A stretch of 64,000 nucleotides of DNA, from contig CAYTDX010000001.1 of NCBI GenBank assembly GCA_964436655.1, positions 14,993-78,992 of the forward strand, given 5' to 3'. Shown in pieces: positions 8,747 to 16,183 of this stretch. The position numbers and the translations under genes are program-made. The notes beneath the pieces were generated by a model, which was given only the letters and a program-made list of their open reading frames with translations, was not told the origin of the DNA and ran no database searches. How positions within the stretch are numbered: the stretch's first letter is position 1; each line of letters starts with the position of its first letter. Source of the stretch: an uncultured Caldimicrobium sp. GTDB taxonomy: Bacteria; Desulfobacterota; Thermodesulfobacteria; Thermodesulfobacteriales; Thermodesulfobacteriaceae.

Positions 8747-10364
8747 ATGTACTGAATGTGGAGTATGTCAAAAAGCCTGCCCCTTCCTTGAAAAATTTGG
8801 GCTCCCTAAGGAGATCCTTACCCATAGAAAAGAAGAGGTCTTCTATTGCACAAACTGTTCGGCCTGTAGCCTTCTTTGCCCGGAAAAGCTTGATCCTGCA
8901 GGTGCCCTTTATTCCCTTAAAATCTCTCTCTTGGAAGAAGGATCCGCTCTTGGGACAAAACTTAAAAAAAGCTCCTCAGCCTTTACCAGGAGGATACACT
9001 CCTTTCCCTTTGCACACTGGGAGAAAGCCGAAAAGGTTTTCTGGCCCGGTTGTAGTTTTTGGGGAACTTATCCTCGTTTAATCAATAAGATTTTAGACAT
9101 TTTAAATAAAAATTCTGAAAAAAGGATAGGTTTAATCCTTGATTGTTGTCTTGACCCCCTTTTTCAGATCGGGGATTTAAGGGAAACTGAAAAGTATTGG
9201 CAGGAATTAAATCAGAGATTTTTTCACTTTGGTATAAAGGAGATTATAGTTGGGTGCACCAATTGTTATAAAATTTTTAAGAGATTTAGTAAGGGGGTAG
9301 AGGTTTCTCATATCCTTGAGGTTATTCCAGAAGAGGAATTTTCGGGTATTCCAGAGAAATCCTTCTTGCACCTTCCCTGCCCCGCCTTTAAAGAGCAAAC
9401 CTTTAGAGAGAGAATATCAGCAAAATTTGGTCAGAAAGTCTCAAAACTTATGAAATATCCTTCCTGTTGTGGAGCAGGCGGGGGAGCCCATATCAATCAG
9501 GAGCTCTCTGAAGGGTTTCTTGAGAGAACCATTCAAAGGGCCGGAGGCAGGCCAATCCTTACCTTTTGCTTTGGATGTAAAAATCGTTTTATGAAAAAAG
9601 GGCAGAGGGCCCTGCATCTTCTTGAAACTTTAAGAGAGGTTAAACCCCTTGAAGATAGCCTCTCCTCAGGGGAAAAGTGGTTAAACCGTCTGAGATTCTC
9701 CGTAGCAAGAAAATTTTTGAGGCCAAAAGTCATAACCCTTTTCATTTTCTTAATCCTTCTATTTTTGAGTTTTTATCTCCAATGGAGAGGACTTTTAAAA
9801 ACAGAGTTGCTTGCCGAAGGCCTTAAAAGGTTTTCTGGGCATCCCCTTTCAATCCCTTTATATCTGCTTATATATTTAATAGCCCCGAGTCTATTCATTT
9901 CAAGTCTTGCCCTGACCATGCTTGCAGGTTTTTTATGGGGCCCACTTTATGGGGGACTCATTGCCCTTACAGGAGCAACTCTCGGGGCAACTCTTTCCTT
10001 TCAACTGGCAAGATACCTGTTTAGAGACCCCCTTAAGGCCCGTTTGGGATATGAAAAGTGGAAGTATCTGGAAGGGATCACTAAAAAACACGGCTGGAAG
10101 GCCGTTGCCTTTGCCAGACTTTTCCCTCTATTCCCTTATCCAGTGATAAATTACCTTTTTGGTTTAACCTCACTGGATTTGAAAACTTATATTCTTTGCA
10201 CCTTTATCTTCATGGCACCAGCAGGTTTTGCCTATACAGGTCTTGGCTACTCCCTTAAAGGCCTACTTTTGGAGGGTAATTTTGGGCCCTTGCTCCTTGT
10301 GCTTGCCCTTTTATTGGTCTTAACCCTTCTTTTGAGATATCTTTCCAGAAGATGGAAACTTTAG
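8697..10364 (+). CDS. Fusion protein: (Fe-S)-binding CCG-domain oxidoreductase (GlpC/HdrD-like) plus TVP38/TMEM64 (DedA-related) membrane domain
   Basis: CTECGVCQKACP and CTNCSACSLLCP ferredoxin motifs, then CCL / CCGAGGG cysteine-rich CCG repeats. About 200 aa of TM helices follow, with the RLFPLFPYPVINYLFG motif. The ATG overlaps the upstream stop by 50 nt. Confidence 0.75.
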   Translation: MDVQPSLEQAVSELLHRCTECGVCQKACPFLEKFGLPKEILTHRKEEVFYCTNCSACSLLCPEKLDPAGALYSLKISLLEEGSALGTKLKKSSSAFTRRIHSFPFAHWEKAEKVFWPGCSFWGTYPRLINKILDILNKNSEKRIGLILDCCLDPLFQIGDLRETEKYWQELNQRFFHFGIKEIIVGCTNCYKIFKRFSKGVEVSHILEVIPEEEFSGIPEKSFLHLPCPAFKEQTFRERISAKFGQKVSKLMKYPSCCGAGGGAHINQELSEGFLERTIQRAGGRPILTFCFGCKNRFMKKGQRALHLLETLREVKPLEDSLSSGEKWLNRLRFSVARKFLRPKVITLFIFLILLFLSFYLQWRGLLKTELLAEGLKRFSGHPLSIPLYLLIYLIAPSLFISSLALTMLAGFLWGPLYGGLIALTGATLGATLSFQLARYLFRDPLKARLGYEKWKYLEGITKKHGWKAVAFARLFPLFPYPVINYLFGLTSLDLKTYILCTFIFMAPAGFAYTGLGYSLKGLLLEGNFGPLLLVLALLLVLTLLLRYLSRRWKL

Positions 10365-10972
10365 AGGCACTGGCAGTTTTTTTTAAACTTCCCGAGAAAG
10401 GACGTGTTAAGACAAGGCTTGCCAAAAAAATTGGAGATGATAAGGCCTTAGAGGTCTATAAAAGTCTCCTTTCCAGAACTATAGACCTTGCAGAAACCCT
10501 TACTTCCATTAGACAGGTTAAACTGTTTGCTTTTTTTGACGGGAAGAGTCTTCCAGGAAATATTGAGTTTTTCAACTTAGAGCGGGCCTGGAGATTTATC
10601 CCTCAGGAAGGAGAGGGTCTAGGTGAGAGGCTCAAAGGGGCAGGGGAGTTACTTTTAGGCCTGAGTTTTGAAAAGGTGGTTATTATCGGCTCTGACTGCC
10701 CGGTTATCTACAGGGAATATCTCAAGGAGGCCTATGAAAAACTTGAAAAATATCCTGTTGTGATAGGCCCTGCTAAAGATGGAGGCTATGTCTTAGTTGG
10801 CTTCAATCACCTTTTTAAAGAAAGACTTTTTCTCTTATTTGATAATTTACCATTTGAAACAACGCAACTTTTAGATAAAACTCTTGAGAGATTGTCCCCT
10901 GGAGATTATTATCTACTGCCAGAGCTTTTTGACATAGATACCCTTGAGGATTATCTGAATCACCTTTATTAA
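10352..10972 (+). CDS. DUF2064 nucleotidyl/glycosyl-transferase-like protein (the type annotated as rSAM/selenodomain-associated transferase 1)
   Basis: AVFFKLPEKGRVKTRLA ... IGSDCP ... GPAKDGGY are hallmark DUF2064 motifs. Confidence 0.75.
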   Translation: METLEALAVFFKLPEKGRVKTRLAKKIGDDKALEVYKSLLSRTIDLAETLTSIRQVKLFAFFDGKSLPGNIEFFNLERAWRFIPQEGEGLGERLKGAGELLLGLSFEKVVIIGSDCPVIYREYLKEAYEKLEKYPVVIGPAKDGGYVLVGFNHLFKERLFLLFDNLPFETTQLLDKTLERLSPGDYYLLPELFDIDTLEDYLNHLY

Positions 10973-11010
10973 GGCCCTTTTTTCAAGGTACTAAATTTTA
11001 TGAAAGTGAC

Positions 11011-11038
11011 TTGACAAATTTAAGTTTTAGATTAAATT
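11011..11038 (+). promoter_or_regulatory. Candidate sigma70-type promoter of the peroxiredoxin gene
   Basis: TTGACA at 11011-11016 and TAAATT about 16 nt downstream. AAGGAGG lies before the ATG at 11071. Confidence 0.4.
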
Positions 11039-11070
11039 TTAACAAAAAATAATTCAAAGGAGGTGGACCT

Positions 11071-11670
11071 ATGTGCTGCAAGGTAGGTGCTTTAGCCCCG
11101 GATTTTGAGACGGATGCCTATTATCCCAATGGTGAGATCAAGAAGGTCAAGCTCTCTGATCTCAAGGGGAAGTGGGTTGTGCTTGTCTTTTATCCAGCGG
11201 ACTTTACCTTCGTATGTCCAACGGAGCTTGTGGATGTAGCGGAAAAATATGAGGAGCTTAAGGGTATGAATGTGGAGGTTCTTGGTATCAGTATTGATAC
11301 GGTTTTTGTACACAAGGTCTGGCAAGAAGTAGAGCTTTCAAAGATGTTTAAGGGAGGAGTGCCCTATCCCTTAGCCTCAGACCTTGGTGGAAAGATTGGA
11401 CAGCTCTATGGGGTCTATGATGAGGCCCTGGGTCTTGATCTGAGAGGCACCTTCATTATTGATCCAGATGGAGTCCTTCAGTCTGTGGAGATAAACAATG
11501 CTCCTGTAGGCAGGAATGCCGATGAACTTGTGAGAAAGATTAAGGCCTTCCAGTATGTAAGGGCTGCTGGCGGAAAAGAGGTATGCCCTGCCAAGTGGGA
11601 GCCTGGAAAAACCACTCTTAAACCTGGCATTGAGCTTGCTGGAAAGGTTTACGAGGTCTATAGTAAATAA
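11071..11670 (+). CDS. Typical 2-Cys peroxiredoxin (AhpC/Prx1 family)
   Basis: VLVFYPADFTFVCPTE peroxidatic Cys motif and a C-terminal resolving Cys (EVCPAKW). Confidence 0.9.
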   Translation: MCCKVGALAPDFETDAYYPNGEIKKVKLSDLKGKWVVLVFYPADFTFVCPTELVDVAEKYEELKGMNVEVLGISIDTVFVHKVWQEVELSKMFKGGVPYPLASDLGGKIGQLYGVYDEALGLDLRGTFIIDPDGVLQSVEINNAPVGRNADELVRKIKAFQYVRAAGGKEVCPAKWEPGKTTLKPGIELAGKVYEVYSK

Positions 11671-11681
11671 ATACAAATTCT

Positions 11682-11705
11682 GGGGGGGCTTGCCCCCTTT
11701 TTTCT
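11682..11705 (+). terminator. Rho-independent terminator after the peroxiredoxin gene
   Basis: GGGGGGGC-TT-GCCCCC hairpin followed by a T-run, 12 nt after the stop codon. Confidence 0.6.
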
Positions 11706-11724
11706 TTCTGGTTAGAATTATCTT

Positions 11725-12198
11725 GTGGATCTTTATTATTTCTCCTTCACTGGAACCTCTAAAAGCCTTGCCTTTGCCCTTGCAAGTAAACTTAAGATAA
11801 CTCCAAAGGAAATAAAGAGCTTCTCCTTTCCTTACCCAATCTGGCTTTTACTCTCTTTCATACCTCCTTTGTGCTTAAAAGCCAAATTTGAGCCACCTGA
11901 AAGCTCCTCTGGAATTCTTGTTTTCCCTAAGTGGACCTTTAATTGTCCTCCTGTGACATATTTTTTAAAAGGTGTCTCCTTTGAAAAACTTCTTTTGATT
12001 ATCCTTTATGGAGGCTGGAGAGAAAAACCCTATGGGGAGTATTACAGAAAGCTTGCTTTGAAAAAATGCAAAAGAGTTGATATTATATACATAAAGAGAA
12101 AAAAATGGCTCGGTGAAGGAGAGCTAATATTAAAAAAAATTTCAGCAAAAGCTGAGGAATTTTTTAGTGAGACACACACACTGAGAAAAGAGACTTAA
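11725..12198 (+). CDS. Hypothetical protein, possibly flavodoxin-fold
   Basis: 157 aa ORF with a GTG start. The N-terminus YYFSFTGTSKSLAFALA resembles the flavodoxin-like FS-TGNT loop. The assignment is weak. Confidence 0.35.
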   Translation: MDLYYFSFTGTSKSLAFALASKLKITPKEIKSFSFPYPIWLLLSFIPPLCLKAKFEPPESSSGILVFPKWTFNCPPVTYFLKGVSFEKLLLIILYGGWREKPYGEYYRKLALKKCKRVDIIYIKRKKWLGEGELILKKISAKAEEFFSETHTLRKET

Positions 12199-12592
12199 TA
12201 GAGTCCCTGCAAAGAGAGCTTAAAAAAGAAAAAGACATCCTTTTTGCCTATCTCTTTGGTAGTCAGGCAACTGGAAAAACCCATGGAGAGAGTGATCTTG
12301 ATATAGCTATATACTTAGAACCCCCCCAGAAGATACCCTGGAAAGAAAATTAGAATTAATTGATAAAATTAGCGAAATAACACATTTTAACCATATTGAC
12401 CTTATAATTTTAAATCAGGCTCCCCCTCTTTTGATACACTCGGTTATGAGGACAGGAAAACTTCTTTTTTCTAAAGATGAGGAGAGACGGGTTTTATTTT
12501 TGGCTAAAAAACTCTCTGAGGCCCTTGATTTTGAGATTCATCTACGAAAATATAAAGAGGCTTTGAGGAAGAGACTTGAGGAGGGTAAATAA
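12171..12592 (+). pseudogene. Frameshifted minimal nucleotidyltransferase (MNT-type antitoxin) remnant
   Basis: Frame A reads ILFAYLFGSQATGKTHGESDLDIAIYLEPP (the GS-x10-DxD NTase motif) and stops at 12351. The family continues in the -1 frame (EDTLERKLELIDKISEI...HIDLIILNQAPPLL...) to 12592. The switch occurs at a run of 7 C (12321-12327). There is no canonical start codon after the in-frame stop at 12168. Confidence 0.6.
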
Positions 12593-12701
12593 GGTCTTGT
12601 AGTTGGCAAGAAATTAAACTTTTCTATTTTACATAATATATCTTATCAGAAGTAAGTAGATGGAACCCTTTGGGTGCGATTTTTTAGACTATTTTTATTC
12701 T

Positions 12702-12755
12702 CGCGCAGGCTAAAGGTCTTGCGGCTACCAAAAAAACCTTTTTTGCGAAGAACTC
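12702..12755. repeat. REP-like hairpin unit plus one terminal-repeat arm (half element)
   Basis: CGCGCAGGCTAAAGGTCTTGCGGCTACC-A7-CCTTTTTTGCGAAGAACTC is the reverse complement of the left end of the 53173 element. Confidence 0.7.
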
Positions 12756-12768
12756 AGATACAATAAAA

Positions 12769-13995
12769 TCAGGCACCAAATTTATTCAATCTCTCAGCGT
12801 GGGCAAGAAGAAGGGGCATCAGTTTATAGCTTGGAAAAATACCCAGTTCTCCCTTGAAACACTCTCTTTCTGTAAACCTCTGAGAGAGGCCTCCCAGACA
12901 ATAGGGCGAATGTAAAAGCACTGGCACAGGATGCCAGGAATGAGCCTTCAGTATGCAAGGCGTGGAATGATCCCCGGTGATAGCTATGACTTGAGGATTT
13001 AATGAGAGAATTTCTAATAAATTTCTGTCAAACTCTTCAATTACCGAAATTTTTCCTTCATAATTTCCATCTTCTCCATAGGAATCGGTTTTTTTAATGT
13101 GCATAAAGAAAAAGTCATATTCTTCCCAGAAAGTTTTTAGAGCCTTGACCTCTGCCTCAATGGACTCCCCCTCAAAAGTAACCAGATCCATTCCAACAAG
13201 GCTTGCCAGTCCTTTATACATGGGATAAACGGCAATACAGGCACTTTTTATCCCAAATCTATCAGGAAAGGCCTCAAGGTCTGGTTTTACCGAAAATCCC
13301 CGCAATAGCACATAGTTGGCCTTAGGTTCGTTCTTCAGTAATTCTGAGGCCTTATCAATAAATTTTCTGGCAACTAAAGCCACCCTTTCAGCCTCTGGAT
13401 TTTCACCCACAGGAAGCAGTGGAGACCTCTCTGTTGCCTGTGGGTCTGTGTCATTTATCTTTTCAAAGAAGTGGGAGAGTCTGTAAGGAAATCGTAAGAT
13501 AAGGGAGAAGCGATGCTCTTTCCCGGAACAGAGTATCACCTCAGCTTCATCAATTTTTTTAATATTTTCCGATAAATATTTTATTAATCTCTTATTTTCT
13601 TCCGTGGGAATTCGTCCGGCCCTTCGGTCAATAACTACAGGCTTTCTATCGGTGTATCTCACTGTGGCAAAATTGCCTCTTATGGCCACATCTGTTTCTC
13701 TTACCTCCAGCCCAACTCCCACGGCCTCAAGTATACCTCTTCCAATCTCAATTTTCAGAGGATCATATCCAAAGATTCCCAGATGTCCTGGCCCGGAACC
13801 AGGGGTTATTCCATAATCCACAGGAATGTGGAGACCCGTTGCAGACCTGCGGGCAAGATTATCTAAATTGGGAGTTTTTGAAAGCTCTAAGGGGGTCTTC
13901 CCCTCCTTTATAGGTAAGTCCCCTACCCCATCCAGGACTAATAATATAATTTTAGACTTAGAATCCCTTTTTAATAGTTTCTTTAATCCTTCCAT
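12769..13995 (-). CDS. apgM: Cofactor-independent phosphoglycerate mutase, archaeal-type (ApgM family)
   Basis: [10 protein letters not shown] ... TGDHSTP metalloenzyme motifs. I prefer the ATG at 13995 (GGAGG-N6-ATG) over the ATG at 14001, which abuts the Shine-Dalgarno sequence. Confidence 0.8.
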   Translation of the reverse strand: MEGLKKLLKRDSKSKIILLVLDGVGDLPIKEGKTPLELSKTPNLDNLARRSATGLHIPVDYGITPGSGPGHLGIFGYDPLKIEIGRGILEAVGVGLEVRETDVAIRGNFATVRYTDRKPVVIDRRAGRIPTEENKRLIKYLSENIKKIDEAEVILCSGKEHRFSLILRFPYRLSHFFEKINDTDPQATERSPLLPVGENPEAERVALVARKFIDKASELLKNEPKANYVLLRGFSVKPDLEAFPDRFGIKSACIAVYPMYKGLASLVGMDLVTFEGESIEAEVKALKTFWEEYDFFFMHIKKTDSYGEDGNYEGKISVIEEFDRNLLEILSLNPQVIAITGDHSTPCILKAHSWHPVPVLLHSPYCLGGLSQRFTERECFKGELGIFPSYKLMPLLLAHAERLNKFGA

Positions 13996-14158
13996 CTTCA
14001 TCCTCCAGAGGCATCTTTTCTTTCAATTGTTCAATGTCTTCTTGATATTCCTTAGCAGGCCTTTCCATGCCACAGGTAAGACACCTTACCCGGGCCTTGG
14101 CTCATTTACCACAAAGAATGGCCCTTCCACCGCAGTAATGACAGGTTAGTCCATCCAT
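13958..14158 (-). CDS. Candidate small selenoprotein (66 codons, in-frame TGA at codon 19) with a CxxC-x6-CxxU-x6-CxxC array
   Basis: The ATG lies 2 nt after the mrp stop codon. Translation: MDGLTCHYCGGRAILCGK[TGA][48 protein letters not shown] stem-loop (14069-14095) has its apical loop starting 17 nt after the TGA. SelB is encoded in the same window. It is absent from the ORF track because of the TGA. Confidence 0.4.
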
Positions 14159-14160
14159 TT

Positions 14161-15324
14161 CTATGCTCTCTGGCTTAAAAGGGTATTTATTAGATTATCC
14201 GGATTAGCTTCCTTTTCTTCGGTTAATAATACTCTTATGCCCTGACTGGAAAGCTCATCAGCTAAAGAACTGGATGAAGAATGAAGTAGGATGTGTGTGG
14301 CTACTTGTTCTTGTAAAAAGTCAGTGAGACTTTGATTTTGGGGCTTTTTGGCCACATCTTTGACCAGAATTTTGTTATTTTCAATGTCATAAAGGGCAAA
14401 AAGTTCAAATCTCTCTGGACTTTCCTCAAATTTTTGAGGGTTTGAAATAGGAACAGCAATACGCATGAATTTTTCTTCCAAAAGCTCTTTTTGCATCTCT
14501 TCAGTAGCTGAAACAATGTTTCTTATTACTTCCTCAAAGGCTTGAGCAGTAAGGCTTTCAGGATAAGCCCCTACAATGGGTTTCCCCCTATCTCCTGTAT
14601 CCACCACTCTTGGATCAACAGGAATCTTTCCCAGAAATCTGATTCCCATCTCTTCGGCAAGTTTTTGTCCTCCTCCCCTCTTGAAGAGATCAAGGGGTTT
14701 TCCGCAGTGGGGACAGACAAAACCACTCATGTTCTCCACAAGGCCAAGGATACGCATCTTTACTTTCTGACAAAACTTTATAGACTTTTTAACATCAATT
14801 AGAGACACCTCCTGGGGAGTTGTAACTATAAGGGCATAGGCATCAGGAATAGTTTTGGCAACTGTAAGAGGTTCATCCCCGGTGCCAGGAGGTGCATCTA
14901 TTACAAGATAGTCAAGTTCTCCCCAGTCAATATCACCAATAAATTGCCGGATAGCTGAGATTTTTATGGGGCCTCTCCAGATAATGGCTGAGTCCTCGGC
15001 TGGAAGAAGGGGCTCAATGGAGAGAAATTTCAAATTGGGAGAGTATTTTATGGCCCCAAGCCTTCCATCCGGGCGTCTTGTCAGTTTCAGATCCCTTGCT
15101 CCGAGCATTTTCGGAATACTCGGGCCGTGCAGATCCACATCCAGAAGTCCTACCATAAAATCCTGAAGAGAAAGACCAACGGCCACATTAACTGCAACTG
15201 TGCTTTTGCCAACTCCTCCCTTACCAGACATGACCATGATTTTATGTTTGATCTTAGAAAGCTGTTCTTTGAGTTTTTTATCCTGCTGATCCAGTATGGC
15301 ACTCTTTTCTTTTTTGACGGGCAT
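14161..15324 (-). CDS. Mrp/NBP35/ApbC-type Fe-S cluster carrier ATPase fused to a NifX/NifB-C-like (dinitrogenase FeMo-cofactor-binding fold) domain
   Basis: SGKGGVGKST deviant Walker A and CPHCG motif in the N-terminal ~270 aa. The C-terminal ~110 aa (MRIAVPISN...FALYDIEN...) resembles the NifX-type domain. Confidence 0.85.
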   Translation of the reverse strand: MPVKKEKSAILDQQDKKLKEQLSKIKHKIMVMSGKGGVGKSTVAVNVAVGLSLQDFMVGLLDVDLHGPSIPKMLGARDLKLTRRPDGRLGAIKYSPNLKFLSIEPLLPAEDSAIIWRGPIKISAIRQFIGDIDWGELDYLVIDAPPGTGDEPLTVAKTIPDAYALIVTTPQEVSLIDVKKSIKFCQKVKMRILGLVENMSGFVCPHCGKPLDLFKRGGGQKLAEEMGIRFLGKIPVDPRVVDTGDRGKPIVGAYPESLTAQAFEEVIRNIVSATEEMQKELLEEKFMRIAVPISNPQKFEESPERFELFALYDIENNKILVKDVAKKPQNQSLTDFLQEQVATHILLHSSSSSLADELSSQGIRVLLTEEKEANPDNLINTLLSQRA

Positions 15325-15370
15325 TTAAAGACCTCCTAATAATTAGAAATTTTTAGCTTAGAGTCCTGTC

Positions 15371-15636
15371 TTGCAAGGGTCTCATCATAATCCTTTTTTG
15401 TTTTCTGGTAGCTACATTTTTTAGTTTGCTTTTTTTAGTTCTTACGCAGACTAAAGGTCTTGCGCCTACCTCAAAAATTCTATTTTTCTTCGCGGGCTAA
15501 AGGTCTTTCAGCTACCTTTCCCTTGTTTCCCCCTCACCCCGGCCCTCTCCCTCCGAGGGAGAGGAAGTATAATCCATTTTTATCACAGGTCAAAGGTCTT
15601 CAAGCTACCTTAAAAAACAATTTGGCAAAGAATTCT
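15371..15636. repeat. Composite REP-like cluster (4 hairpin units plus a CT-rich hairpin insertion)
   Basis: Units at about 15408, 15445, 15491 and 15587, each adjoining GCTACC/GGTAGC. The end CAATTTGGCAAAGAATTC matches the terminal repeat. Internal CCTCTCCC-TCCGA-GGGAGAGG hairpin at 15544-15564. Confidence 0.7.
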
Positions 15637-15773
15637 ATAAATTTTAACTCTTTAAGGGCTTTTGTCAATTTTTAATTCAACATTTCCTGGCAGAGTCAAA
15701 TGGGACCGGGGATTAAAGTTTTTTTAGTTTTATCCGATAAAAATTTTTTGAAAAAGTATCAAAGGGGGCTACC

Positions 15774-16127
15774 ATGAAGGTAGAACTTTACAAAAATATA
15801 GTTCTTGACCAGATTAATCTGGGCATAGAGACCAAACCTCAAAAGGTTAATCCCCCTGAAAAACAGGCTCAAGCAGAAAGTGCTCCTTCTCAAAAAAGGG
15901 TTAACCAGGAAAGACTCAAGGAGTTGACTGAGCATTTCCAGAAATTTTTAAATCAGTTCAATCTTGAGGCCAAGCTTGTCTATGAAAGGGACTATAATAC
16001 TATCGTGGTTCAGGTATTAAGAAAGGATACAGGAGACCTGATCAGGCAAATTCCCCCTCAGGAGCTTTTGGAGTTATCCAAAAGACTTCAGGAACTTGTG
16101 GGCATTCTTTTTAAAGAAAAGGTCTAA
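15774..16127 (+). CDS. flaG: FlaG family protein
   Basis: 117 aa. The C-terminal half (LVYERDYNTIVVQVLRKDTGDLIRQIPPQELLELSKRL) is the FlaG signature. Confidence 0.65.
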   Translation: MKVELYKNIVLDQINLGIETKPQKVNPPEKQAQAESAPSQKRVNQERLKELTEHFQKFLNQFNLEAKLVYERDYNTIVVQVLRKDTGDLIRQIPPQELLELSKRLQELVGILFKEKV

Positions 16128-16183
16128 GTTCTTGTAATCTCCTCATTTTGTGCTAACTTTATCCATTCAAAAGCCAGGGAGGA

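Noticed and set aside
8692-9081. 129-aa ORF in an alternative frame at the arsMS / Fe-S gene junction
   Set aside because: It matches no family. The overlapping frame starting at 8697 carries clear ferredoxin and CCG motifs.
15460-15675. 71-aa ORF in the track
   Set aside because: It lies entirely within the repeat cluster, and its translation is just the repeat consensus plus low-complexity Pro/Leu. No ribosome-binding site is present.
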